Below, piece after piece: positions 1 through 7,951 of a stretch of DNA of 60,042 nucleotides. The notes below the pieces were generated by a model that made no database searches, was not told the origin of the DNA, and was given only the letters and a program-made list of their open reading frames with translations. Source of the stretch: a virus; the IMG/VR virus record IMGVR_UViG_3300000301_000017, positions 1 through 60,042 of that record. One strand, written 5' to 3'. The translations under genes were made by a program, and so were the position numbers. Every line of letters begins with the position of its first letter. The first letter of the stretch is position 1.

Positions 1-23
1 TTCAAATCCTGTCACCTCGACCA
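1..23 (+). repeat. attL core: 23-nt repeat that resembles a tRNA 3' end (T-loop TTCAAATCC, acceptor strand, CCA). The 5' part of the tRNA would lie left of the window.
   Basis: ttcaaatcctgtcacctcgacca is identical at 60020..60042. The right copy lacks the complementary T-stem upstream, so the left copy is probably the one in the functional tRNA. Confidence 0.75.
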
Positions 24-31
24 ATCAAAAA

Positions 32-79
32 GTCCGAAAAATCGCATGGGAATGCGGTTTTTCGGACTTTTTATTTTTT
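32..79 (+). terminator. Rho-independent terminator directly after the tRNA-like end
   Basis: gtccgaaaaa (32..41) pairs with tttttcggac (58..67). An inner cgcat/atgcg stem lies between them and a T-run follows. Confidence 0.7.
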
Positions 80-80
80 C

Positions 81-113
81 GAAATAGTCGACTTGTGGCT
101 TGTTTGTGGCTTA
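81..113 (+). repeat. Candidate integrase arm-type binding site (left arm), containing tandem TTGTGGCTT
   Basis: The 22 nt cttgtggcttgtttgtggctta (92..113) are identical to 59882..59903. Flanking bases are also similar (gaaatagtcga versus ggaatagcgaat). Confidence 0.5.
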
Positions 114-131
114 TTTTAGAGATTTATCTCA

Positions 132-1517
132 CTAAGTCCCGCTTTTTCTTTCAAACGAGATTTCCAGTGCTTCTGCGGCTGCAACGTCGGCACTCTGAAA
201 TTCATGCGCATATATATTCAATGTCGTCGACGTTTGGCTATGCCCTAGTCGGCTGGAAACTGTTTTTACATCAACTCCCTGATTGATCAAAAGGGAAGCT
301 GATGTATGCCGCAACGAATGAAGAGAGACTGGGGGCAAATCTGCTCGCTTAAGGATTCGTTTTAGACGCGTCAGCGGAGTACTGGAAGTCATTGGACTCC
401 CATTTTGGTTCGTGAAAATCCGAGGATGTTCATTCCATTCTGAAAACCACTGATCTCCCATAGAAAGCCTGCGTTCGCTTTGCCATGCACGATATACACG
501 TAGGAGATCCAGCATAGTTTCTGTAATATGAATAGATCTTTTTGATCGTTCTGTTTTTGGCGTATCCTCATACATCCCAACGCCGGCCTGATATTGAGAT
601 GTCCGTACGATAGACACAACACCTGTTTCAAAATCAATGTCCGGCCATTCGAGGCCTAGAAGCTCTCCACGACGCATTCCTGTATAAAGTGCAAGAGAAA
701 AGAACGTACGATCTTCCAAAGATTCATGATGCAGCTGTTCCATAAATTTTTCTGCCTGAACATCACTTAATGCCTGTATTGTGTGTTTTGAAACTTTGGG
801 AGGATCAACGCGTCTGCAAGGATTTTCAGATATGATCTGCCATTTTACAGCTCGTTCCAAAATGCTTGAAATCACCTCATGATAGAGATGAATCGTTTTA
901 GGGGAGAGTTGACCTTCGCTTTGAACAGCTGCAAAAACATCTTTCATTGGCATTCCCAGAGCGTTAGAGACCTGTTCTGCAGTTTTTAATAAGCAGCTAT
1001 GTCCAGTTTCTATGTATGTAATAGTGGATGTTGCAACATGTGCCTCTTCAGCAAGCTTAGCGACGCTCAATTCTCTTTCTTTTCGTATTTTACGAAGAAC
1101 TCCTGACTTGTACCTAACGGAACCGTGGGTTTTGATATTAGATAACTGATCATAGAATCTCATCAAATGTTGCGGCTTGAGCTTTGATAAGCGGATGTTT
1201 CCAATTGCCGGATAAATTCTTTCGGTTGCTCGTCTGTACTCAAAAAGTGTTTTTCTTTTGAGATGGGTAACAGCATATTCTTTAAACCATTCCTCAGCGA
1301 AGTCCTGAAATTTAATATTGCTTTTTCCCTGAAGGCCTATAGATGTTTCTTCATCAAGCAATACTTTTTGCCGTTCAAGTTCTTTTTGTATTTGCTTTGG
1401 AGTCATCTTAGGGCCTGGGGTCCAGGTCCTCGATCGTCTAATTTGTTTGCCGTGTATATCATATCCAGCTGATGAACGGATCAAATAACTATTTCCTCGC
1501 TTTGTGACGTACGCCAT
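132..1517 (-). CDS. int: Tyrosine recombinase/phage integrase with an XRE-type HTH inserted in the core-binding domain
   Basis: The C-terminus carries LHSLRHTSASLL...RLGHSQTSTTLNIYAHE (R..H-R-H..Y catalytic pattern) and the N-terminus reads MAYVTKRGNSY. An AGGAGG RBS precedes ATG 1517. The internal segment LRKIRKERELSVAKLAEEAHVATSTITYIETG looks like an HTH. Confidence 0.9.
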   Translation of the reverse strand: MAYVTKRGNSYLIRSSAGYDIHGKQIRRSRTWTPGPKMTPKQIQKELERQKVLLDEETSIGLQGKSNIKFQDFAEEWFKEYAVTHLKRKTLFEYRRATERIYPAIGNIRLSKLKPQHLMRFYDQLSNIKTHGSVRYKSGVLRKIRKERELSVAKLAEEAHVATSTITYIETGHSCLLKTAEQVSNALGMPMKDVFAAVQSEGQLSPKTIHLYHEVISSILERAVKWQIISENPCRRVDPPKVSKHTIQALSDVQAEKFMEQLHHESLEDRTFFSLALYTGMRRGELLGLEWPDIDFETGVVSIVRTSQYQAGVGMYEDTPKTERSKRSIHITETMLDLLRVYRAWQSERRLSMGDQWFSEWNEHPRIFTNQNGSPMTSSTPLTRLKRILKRADLPPVSLHSLRHTSASLLINQGVDVKTVSSRLGHSQTSTTLNIYAHEFQSADVAAAEALEISFERKSGT

Positions 1518-1557
1518 ACGATTCCTCCTTTCATTCACAAATTACATCTCTAATCGA

Positions 1558-1944
1558 TCATTCCTTCTTGTTTGATTCCAGTGCAATGATATGGTCGCTG
1601 ATCTCCTCGAGCATCTCGATCTGTTTCTCCTGGTTCGACAGGTGGCAGAACACGGCCCAGAAGATCAGCGCGATGGCGGCACCGGTAATCCAGGTGTAGA
1701 GGGCAAGCATCACGTTAAATCCTTCTTCGGCGCCCAGAGCGCCAAGAACGATGCCGATGACGCCGAACACAACGCCGACCACGACGGCGATCGTCGAGAA
1801 TGTGCCGCTGTATTTCGGCGTAAATGTGCGGTGCGATTTCACGGCGGCATAGTTGTCTTCTGCGGTGAAGACGTAACCGCACACGCGGCACTTGTCCGCG
1901 TTTTCTCCATTCAATGCTTTGCATTTCGGGCATACTTTTTTCAT
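1558..1944 (-). CDS. Zinc-ribbon membrane protein (CPKC...CRVCG followed by two hydrophobic helices)
   Basis: MKKVCPKCKALNGENADKCRVCGY is followed by two long hydrophobic stretches. A GGAGAAATTCAAA RBS favours start 1944 over 1971. Confidence 0.6.
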   Translation of the reverse strand: MKKVCPKCKALNGENADKCRVCGYVFTAEDNYAAVKSHRTFTPKYSGTFSTIAVVVGVVFGVIGIVLGALGAEEGFNVMLALYTWITGAAIALIFWAVFCHLSNQEKQIEMLEEISDHIIALESNKKE

Positions 1945-2017
1945 TTTGAATTTCTCCTTTTCGCTATTCATTTTCTATACCGTATTCTTCCATCAGTAGG
2001 TCAATATCTCTATGAAA

Positions 2018-3067
2018 TTAAAAGCCAATATCACGCACAGTGAAGTACAAATTTTTATGGTATGCAGTGTCCATTGCGTTTTTCATTTCTGTGTTTGATA
2101 ATTCATTCATAAACCAAGTTGAGAATCGAGCTTTCCCATCTGGCAAACTGCAAAATATAAGACAAACATCATCTGAATTTTCTATATTGGGATAGTAGAA
2201 AAAATTCGTTCCTTTATAGGAAGATAAGTTTTCTGCGACCAGAGATAAATCCGCCGCGAATTCTATAAAATCGGTTGCTGCATTTTTCGGAGAATCGTAA
2301 GATGACATATCCAAATCTACTATGGCAATTAAATCTGAGCCTCCGGTCCCGTTTTCCGTTTCAGAAGATTCAGCTACTGTTATTTTACCTTTAGGGAGAT
2401 CGTAAGAGTTTAAAAAGTCTAAAATTATCTGATCGGAGACATTTTCTGCATTTAAAATAGTCTCATGTGAATTGCTGGAAGCGGCTGAGCTACTTGAAGA
2501 ATCTGATAGATACACTTCACATTCGCCACAAACTGCTTTTGAATCATCAGTGGTTGCATATACAAACATTGTTAAAATAGAGTCGGAATTTGCATCCGAA
2601 TTCAAGTCAAAGAGGTAATCAACTGTCACTGTTTCTCCAGGGGAAACTTCTTGATAAATTGTGTCTGAGTCAACTTTAAACCCATCCGAGGTAGTATAAG
2701 ATTTATGAATCTCTTTATGGGGTAATTTTTCTCCGTCAAGATATAATACGACATTAAAGCAATCATCAAATGTAGTTGATACGGACGTTGTATTTTTCCA
2801 ATTAATTACAATCGCATTATTTCGATTATCAGCTTGAAAATATACGTTATTAAGTTTTATATATCCGTATTTTAAATCTCCCTCCAATCCTAATTTTTGA
2901 GGTTCGGACGAAACCGAATCAGATGATACTTGAGAGCTAGGTATAGTAGATGAACTACATGAACTACTATTACTACTTTCGCTGCTCCCACACCCCGCTG
3001 CAGCAGCCGTGATCAGCGCTGCCAACAAGATTGCTGTGGCCTTTGTGTTTCTTTTCATTTTTCCCAT
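2018..3067 (-). CDS. Lipoprotein of unknown function (lysogeny-side cargo)
   Basis: The signal peptide with lipobox reads LLAALITAAAAGC, followed by a Ser-rich linker. Confidence 0.65.
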   Translation of the reverse strand: MGKMKRNTKATAILLAALITAAAAGCGSSESSNSSSCSSSTIPSSQVSSDSVSSEPQKLGLEGDLKYGYIKLNNVYFQADNRNNAIVINWKNTTSVSTTFDDCFNVVLYLDGEKLPHKEIHKSYTTSDGFKVDSDTIYQEVSPGETVTVDYLFDLNSDANSDSILTMFVYATTDDSKAVCGECEVYLSDSSSSSAASSNSHETILNAENVSDQIILDFLNSYDLPKGKITVAESSETENGTGGSDLIAIVDLDMSSYDSPKNAATDFIEFAADLSLVAENLSSYKGTNFFYYPNIENSDDVCLIFCSLPDGKARFSTWFMNELSNTEMKNAMDTAYHKNLYFTVRDIGF

Positions 3068-3172
3068 CCTTTCTCACGTCTCAATAAATATTTTATATTC
3101 ACTCTTAAATGGAGTGTTTTGCGCATGGAATGAAAGCATTCAACGTCAATAACTGTCTTTGCTTTTTGAGGT

Positions 3173-4246
3173 TTATTTATCTGATTCGTCGGACGTTCCT
3201 TTAGGAAGTATTTCGAGAATCAAATAATCCCATAGCCTTTTGGCTTCTTCGTCGTTCATCATCGTAACTGCCCCAATCAGGCGTTCTTTGTAGTTAATAG
3301 GTGAAGAATTATCTCCTATGAATCCAGGATCTAAAAGGTCAATCAAAGGAATGCCAAGCAAATTTGCATATTTTTGAGCAATTGTGATTTTGGGGATCCG
3401 TTGACTGTTCTCGTATCGGCTAATAACCTGTTTAGAAGTATGAAGGAATTGCGCAAGTTGTTCCTGTGTCCATCCGTTCTTTTTACGAATATTCTTCAAT
3501 TTATTTCCAAAACTTGATATGCCAGTTGCGATTTCGGACAAGGAAGGAACTTTACAGACATCCTCTAATTCAGATTTATCGATTATCTCTGTGGCCATAA
3601 TTTTTTGATCCGATCTTCCAAACAAAAAATCCATACTTACATTAAAACAATCGGCAATACGATTTAAGATTTCGATTCCTAGCTCTCGTTCACCACGTTC
3701 ATACATATTTATACTGCTTTTTGAAGTTCCAATTTGATCTGCAAGAGCTTGTTGCGATAGTCCGGATTCTTGACGCAAAAGCTTTAATCTATCTTTAAAA
3801 GTATTTCTACTTTTAGATAGTTCGCATTTTTCGTGCCCAAGCAGGTAATCAACTGACACCCCAAAGTAATTTGCAATTTTATTGAGGGCGTTCCCTCGAG
3901 GCGTTAAATTTCTTTTTTTCCAGGTGGTAGGAGTCGATTTGCTGAGCCCCATTTCTAACGCGGCTGTAGTAGGAGAAATTCCTTTTTCATTGCACAGCCT
4001 TAAATAAATATCATAAAAAGAATATGTGCTTTCGCTTTCCGCTTCCTGTTCTATTTTTCCAGTCAAAATAAAATCGAGTGAAGTTTGCAGTACTTTCGCA
4101 TAAAGCATAACTTTATCCCGCCTCATATTGGCGATCTCTCCACTTTCCCATCTGGAAACAGTTGCTTCTGTCACACCAATCTGATCGGCAACGTATTTTT
4201 GCGTTAGACCAAGTTCTTTTCTACGTGCAAGCAAATAATTTCCCAT
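3173..4246 (-). CDS. Protein with four tandem XRE-type HTH domains
   Basis: Four repeats of the pattern L(R/K)..R...GL(T/S)Q..LA..(I/L)G.S...I(S/N).(W/Y)E.G appear at roughly aa 5, 80, 150 and 250. Confidence 0.75.
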   Translation of the reverse strand: MGNYLLARRKELGLTQKYVADQIGVTEATVSRWESGEIANMRRDKVMLYAKVLQTSLDFILTGKIEQEAESESTYSFYDIYLRLCNEKGISPTTAALEMGLSKSTPTTWKKRNLTPRGNALNKIANYFGVSVDYLLGHEKCELSKSRNTFKDRLKLLRQESGLSQQALADQIGTSKSSINMYERGERELGIEILNRIADCFNVSMDFLFGRSDQKIMATEIIDKSELEDVCKVPSLSEIATGISSFGNKLKNIRKKNGWTQEQLAQFLHTSKQVISRYENSQRIPKITIAQKYANLLGIPLIDLLDPGFIGDNSSPINYKERLIGAVTMMNDEEAKRLWDYLILEILPKGTSDESDK

Positions 4247-4393
4247 GTTGTTACCTCAGGACTTAACGTACCATTCCGGTCTCCATAGTGAATGTCCCAT
4301 ATTTGTCCCATAGACCGTTTCATATTAAAAATTTCTGTACAAAGGCCTTGCAATGTTCGAACACTTGTTCTATTATTGAATCAGCTACCTTAG

Positions 4394-4534
4394 ATGAGAC
4401 GTGTGGAGGATGGAGGACCAGCGTTGGATTCCGAACAAATGAAATCGCTTATACACGAATGGATTGATCAGATCACCGATGAAAAAATACTACTTGAATT
4501 GTACAGCATTCTGAAAACAATCACACGCAACTAA
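4394..4534 (+). CDS. Small 46-aa ORF inside the lysogeny block, function unknown
   Basis: A TTGCAA-17 nt-TATTAT promoter-like sequence lies upstream and the frame is open. There is no recognisable motif. Confidence 0.3.
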   Translation: MRRVEDGGPALDSEQMKSLIHEWIDQITDEKILLELYSILKTITRN

Positions 4535-4536
4535 GG

Positions 4537-4929
4537 TCATTCTTTAGGTCCGAGACTTTGAAAGAAGTCTCGGACTATTTTTTTGCTTTTATCGTCCAGC
4601 TGCATATAGTTGGCAATGAATTTGATCATTTTCTTTACAAAAATGTCGTTCAATTGAATAGCCTGTGTGATATAATTCTCGAGCTCTGTAGAATGGGGAA
4701 GTTTTACAGACATTTCTCCTTCGCCAGTGCGCAACCACTTTTCATTAACATGGAATTCTCTGCAAATGGAACGAACAGCCGAATCAGATGGTATCCTCAC
4801 ATTTGTTTCATAGCTGGTAATCGTATTGGCTTTTAAACCAATCCGTTTTCCAAACTCTAGCTGTGTTAATCCTAATTCTTTACGCAACGATTTGATGCGT
4901 TTCCCAATTTCTTTTCTTATAGCATTCAT
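4537..4929 (-). CDS. XRE-family HTH repressor (CI-like), paralogue 1
   Basis: The N-terminal HTH reads LRKELGLTQLEFGKRIGLKANTITSYE. The C-terminal tail is nearly identical to that of 5006..5368. Confidence 0.8.
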   Translation of the reverse strand: MNAIRKEIGKRIKSLRKELGLTQLEFGKRIGLKANTITSYETNVRIPSDSAVRSICREFHVNEKWLRTGEGEMSVKLPHSTELENYITQAIQLNDIFVKKMIKFIANYMQLDDKSKKIVRDFFQSLGPKE

Positions 4930-5005
4930 ATATCTTTCCTACTCTCAATTAAGTTGCATTTTCAGAAAGTCGCTTCATTATGGAAGCTGTTACACAAAAC
5001 TGGGT

Positions 5006-5368
5006 CTATTCTTTAAGTCCAAGACTTTGAATGAAGTCTCGGACTATTTTTTTGCTTTTATCATCCAACTGCATATAGTTAACGATGATCTTCTTGATAA
5101 AATCATCATCTGATTGAATTACTTGTCCAATATAGGTCCCAAGTTCTGTCGCTGGGGGAAGCTTTAGGAACATTTCTCCTTCTCCTGTGCGTAACCACTT
5201 TTCGTTGACATTGAATTCTCTGCAAATAGCAGAAATATGAATGTCTTTTAGCTCCCTCTGACCTGTTTCAAACATAGCCAATGTAGATGCACCAACGTTA
5301 ATTTTTGAGCTAAATTCTCGTTGGCTTAATTTCAACGCTGAACGCAATTTCTTTAGTCTTTCGTTCAT
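5006..5368 (-). CDS. XRE-family HTH repressor (CI-like), paralogue 2, next to the divergent early promoter
   Basis: The HTH reads LRSALKLSQREFSSKINVGASTLAMFE. It shares NEKWLRTGEGEM and NYMQLDDKSKKIVRDF with the neighbouring gene. Confidence 0.8.
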   Translation of the reverse strand: MNERLKKLRSALKLSQREFSSKINVGASTLAMFETGQRELKDIHISAICREFNVNEKWLRTGEGEMFLKLPPATELGTYIGQVIQSDDDFIKKIIVNYMQLDDKSKKIVRDFIQSLGLKE

Positions 5369-5410
5369 GTGATAACCACCTCCTGTAGTTTCAGTATATC
5401 ACGCCGCCGC

Positions 5411-5468
5411 TCACTATGCAAACTTTTTTTAGATTATTCTTGACTTTTTGCATGCATAGTGATAATAT
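5411..5468 (+). promoter_or_regulatory. Early rightward promoter with operator inverted repeat
   Basis: TTGACT (5440..5445), a 17-nt spacer and TAATAT (5463..5468). The perfect 10-nt inverted repeat TCACTATGCA (5411..5420) / TGCATAGTGA (5453..5462) overlaps the spacer. A third TCACTA-like half-site lies near 5476..5485. Confidence 0.7.
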
Positions 5469-5521
5469 AAAATTGCTTAGTGAGCAAAATAAGTAACACT
5501 AAGTTATTTGGAAAAGGGGGG

Positions 5522-5689
5522 ATGAGGTTGCTCACAGAAACGCAGATGTCGGATGTGCTGGAAATTGCACATTTGCTTGAAAAGGTAGATCAAAAGTATC
5601 TACCGATGATCGCGACCGGTGTTTTTATGCTGCTGGCACGTGACCAGGTAGATAAAGAAAAAGGAGCTTCCGAAGTAGCTCCTAAGTAA
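5522..5689 (+). CDS. First early gene, small protein of unknown function
   Basis: A GGGGGG RBS precedes ATG 5522. It sits in a Cro-like position but has no clear HTH. Confidence 0.45.
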   Translation: MRLLTETQMSDVLEIAHLLEKVDQKYLPMIATGVFMLLARDQVDKEKGASEVAPK

Positions 5690-5784
5690 TGGTTATGAAT
5701 GGGCATAGAAACCCTAAACAGGCTAAAGAAAAATTTTATGCTGCTCTTGATGAACTGATTCAAGAAAAGGAGGTGAGAGCATGA
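5689..5784 (+). other. 31-codon ORF that looks like a truncated tail of the C-type RHH genes
   Basis: It ends ...ELIQEKEVRA with the same 21-nt junction gaaaaggaggtgagagcATGA as 6340..6360. Confidence 0.3.
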
Positions 5785-5921
5785 CCCGTGAACAAACGAC
5801 GATCCGCTTACCTGTTGAGCTCAAAGAAAAACTACAGCAAGAAGCCAACGTGAAAGGAAAATCCTATAACAATTTGGTTGAAATTATACTTTACAGTTGG
5901 GTCAGGAATTTTCTAAGATGA
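5781..5921 (+). CDS. RHH-like small protein, type A copy 1 (MTREQTTIRLP...)
   Basis: A beta-strand motif TTIRLP is followed by two predicted helices. It is ATGA-coupled to the upstream ORF and has paralogues at 6600 and 8481. Confidence 0.6.
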   Translation: MTREQTTIRLPVELKEKLQQEANVKGKSYNNLVEIILYSWVRNFLR

Positions 5922-6078
5922 TAGGCCCATTTTCCCGTTCGTAATCGGCGACCAGTTTCTTCAGTGTTCGTTCAATCTCTTTATTAGTTGACCGATCATT
6001 TTCCTTGGCAATATAGGACACCTTATTAAGCAATGTCTGGTCGATGCGTAGTGTATAGCGTGGTAAATCTGATGGCAT
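5902..6078 (-). CDS. Arc/Mnt-like RHH repressor, type B copy 1
   Basis: RYTLRIDQTLLNKVSYIAKENDRSTNKEIE matches the Arc pattern (f.lR.p..l...A...gRS.N.EI). It overlaps the A1 3' end convergently by 20 nt. Confidence 0.7.
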   Translation of the reverse strand: MPSDLPRYTLRIDQTLLNKVSYIAKENDRSTNKEIERTLKKLVADYERENGPIILENS

Positions 6079-6146
6079 ACGAGAATCCTCCTTTTGTCGT
6101 CACTTTATCGTCAGTATAGCGCAAAAAGAAAATTTTGAAAAGAATA

Positions 6147-6175
6147 TTGACATCACTTTTTCGTCACCGTATAAT
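6147..6175 (+). promoter_or_regulatory. Consensus sigma-70 promoter of cassette 1
   Basis: TTGACA, a 17-nt spacer and TATAAT. Repeated (t)cgtcac / gtgacgc motifs lie around it. Confidence 0.7.
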
Positions 6176-6198
6176 AATAAACGAGAGGTGACGCAATA

Positions 6199-6360
6199 GT
6201 GACGCAAAATGTAGTAAGATCAGGACTTAGACTCAGTCAGGCACTTAACCACGACTTAACAGAAATTGCGAAGGAGATTGGAATGAGGAAAAATCAGCTG
6301 ATAATTAAGATCCTCTGGGACTGGGTACAGGAGCAGAAGGAAAAGGAGGTGAGAGCATGA
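6199..6360 (+). CDS. RHH-like small protein, type C copy 1 (GTG start)
   Basis: RSGLRLSQALNHDLTEIAKEIGMRKNQLIIKILWDWVQEQKEKE. It shares a 28-nt identical stretch with copy 2. Confidence 0.55.
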   Translation: MTQNVVRSGLRLSQALNHDLTEIAKEIGMRKNQLIIKILWDWVQEQKEKEVRA

Positions 6361-6566
6361 ATGTGGAAGTTCTAAAAAACTTCTCGCTTAACGCCGAGAC
6401 AGGGGAGATCAAGATAAATGGAACTCCGTATAAAAATATAACCTACCTTTCCATGGTGATGAAGGATGGAAAGGTAGGCTTGGAGTTTCAAGATATGCGG
6501 TTTTACGCAAGCCATGAAGCAGACGGGTATTTTTTCTCATGGTTACCCAATGAAGTACCGCATTAA
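6357..6566 (+). CDS. 69-aa payload protein of cassette 1, unknown function
   Basis: It is ATGA-coupled to the C1 gene. There is weak resemblance (G.I.ING...G...LE) to 7397..7666. Confidence 0.5.
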   Translation: MNVEVLKNFSLNAETGEIKINGTPYKNITYLSMVMKDGKVGLEFQDMRFYASHEADGYFFSWLPNEVPH

Positions 6567-6599
6567 GGCATTTGCGATAGAAGAAGAGGGGTGAAAAAT

Positions 6600-6743
6600 A
6601 TGACCCGCGAACAAACGACGATCCGCTTACCACTGGACCTGAAAGAACAGATTCAAAAGCAAGCGGACCTTATGGGAATTACTTTGCACGACTTAATTTT
6701 GTTTATTCTCTGGGAAGACTTTCTACATACTTTTCCAAAATAA
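6600..6743 (+). CDS. RHH-like small protein, type A copy 2
   Basis: MTREQTTIRLPLDLKEQIQKQA. The first 32 nt match copy 1 except for one base. Confidence 0.6.
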   Translation: MTREQTTIRLPLDLKEQIQKQADLMGITLHDLILFILWEDFLHTFPK

Positions 6744-6873
6744 ACTCAATTTCTTTTGCTGTAGAGCGCTTGTTTTTTTCCGCTTCCTTCTTGATTATTT
6801 CAAGAAGCTCGGAATTTACACGCATCGTAAACCGTGTCTGATCTTCTCTAGTGAATGGGTCATTGCTTTTCAT
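6703..6873 (-). CDS. Arc/Mnt-like RHH repressor, type B copy 2
   Basis: RFTMRVNSELLEIIKKEAEKNKRSTAKEIE. It overlaps A2 convergently by 41 nt. Confidence 0.65.
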   Translation of the reverse strand: MKSNDPFTREDQTRFTMRVNSELLEIIKKEAEKNKRSTAKEIEFILEKYVESLPRE

Positions 6874-6931
6874 TTCTAGTCCCCCTTAGTGTCATTATGA
6901 CACAATGACGAAAAAAAGTAAAGACACCTTA

Positions 6932-6960
6932 TTGACACCAAATAGATGACGTGCTATTAT
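6932..6960 (+). promoter_or_regulatory. Consensus sigma-70 promoter of cassette 2
   Basis: TTGACA, a 17-nt spacer and TATTAT. The palindrome GTGTCATTATGACAC lies just upstream. Confidence 0.65.
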
Positions 6961-6987
6961 GGTAGCAAGGAAGGTGGTGTCAATAAT

Positions 6988-7149
6988 ATGACAAAAGACA
7001 CGGAAAGATTTACGTTACGAATGCCAAAGCGCCTTAAAAAACAGCTTGAAGCATGTAGTGTTCAAATGGGCATATCCCTCAATTCTCTGATGGTACAGCT
7101 GTTGTGGAGATGGGTACAGGAGCAGAAGGAAAAGGAGGCGAGAACATGA
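6988..7149 (+). CDS. RHH-like small protein, type C copy 2
   Basis: RFTLRMPKRLKKQLEACSVQMGISLNSLMVQLLWRWVQEQKEKE. A GGTGG RBS lies before ATG 6988. Confidence 0.6.
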   Translation: MTKDTERFTLRMPKRLKKQLEACSVQMGISLNSLMVQLLWRWVQEQKEKEART

Positions 7150-7328
7150 ACTTAGAAGAAAAGGCAAAAGACAAGATGAAGGAGTTTGAAGAAGCTGCCT
7201 CGCAGCTTCCCATTTTGTCCAAGAACTTCACGGTAGTCAACATTTTGCTGGCAGCGCAAGAGCTGTTTGCGCAAGAAGAATATGAAACCGTGATTGATCT
7301 CTGTGATGCAATGCTTAAGCATTTGTAA
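7146..7328 (+). CDS. 60-aa payload protein of cassette 2, unknown, predicted helical
   Basis: It is ATGA-coupled to C2 and has a clean ORF. Confidence 0.45.
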   Translation: MNLEEKAKDKMKEFEEAASQLPILSKNFTVVNILLAAQELFAQEEYETVIDLCDAMLKHL

Positions 7329-7396
7329 GCAAAATGCCGAAACGCCCCGCGGGGCGTCCGCCGGAGACAGCCTCCCGGCGCTGACGAGGCGGGCTA

Positions 7397-7666
7397 ATGG
7401 AAGGAGATGATGACATGTCAGATCATCAGGAAATGGGAGCGCGTATGGAGCTCAGTGGAGATGGAAACGTTGCAACGCTGATCATCAACGGTGTAGACCT
7501 TTCGAACTATGTTTCTGAAGTCACGTACCACAAAAAGGCTGGGGATTTAGCAACGCTGGAGATCGGCTTCAGTTATTTGAAGAGCGTGACGATCCGCGAC
7601 ATTGTGATTCCAAGCGTCCCTCCGGAGGTGGAAGCTGCCTTGAAAAACGAAAAGGCAGACTGCTGA
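7397..7666 (+). CDS. Small protein of unknown function
   Basis: The ORF has an RBS-like GGAAGGAG and distant similarity to 6357..6566. Confidence 0.45.
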   Translation: MEGDDDMSDHQEMGARMELSGDGNVATLIINGVDLSNYVSEVTYHKKAGDLATLEIGFSYLKSVTIRDIVIPSVPPEVEAALKNEKADC

Positions 7667-7700
7667 GGACAGTCTGCCGTAAAAGAAAGGAGAAAGCAAA

Positions 7701-7937
7701 ATGCGTATGCGTACATTGCCGCAGGCAATTGAAGAAATCAAAGCGAAAGATCCAGGCACATGCCTTACGCTGCGGGCTCTGCGCCGGCTCGTTTCTGAGC
7801 GACGCATTCCTGTTGCTTGGATGACGGCCAGGAAGCCGCTGATCGACCTAGACAAGCTGGAGACGTACCTTTATGAAATGCAACCCGAAGGAGCTCCAGC
7901 TGTTGCGGGTATTCGCCCCATACCGGAAAGGATTTGA
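7701..7937 (+). CDS. Excisionase/MerR-like HTH DNA-binding protein
   Basis: TLPQAIEEIKAKDPGTCLTLRALRRLVSERRIPV resembles Xis-type winged HTH proteins. It has an AAGGAG RBS. Confidence 0.5.
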   Translation: MRMRTLPQAIEEIKAKDPGTCLTLRALRRLVSERRIPVAWMTARKPLIDLDKLETYLYEMQPEGAPAVAGIRPIPERI

Positions 7938-7951
7938 AAGGAGAAGATATC

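Noticed and set aside
95-286. Plus-strand ORF 95..286, and the other short ORFs overlapping the integrase gene
   Set aside because: It overlaps the arm repeat and the integrase 3' end in antisense. It has no RBS and implausible composition.
7342-7390. GC-rich palindromes (acgccccgcggggcgt, ccggag..ctcccgg) after 7328, considered as a terminator
   Set aside because: No U-tract follows and the first palindrome leaves almost no loop. It may be a protein-binding site or a weak structure, but the support is insufficient.
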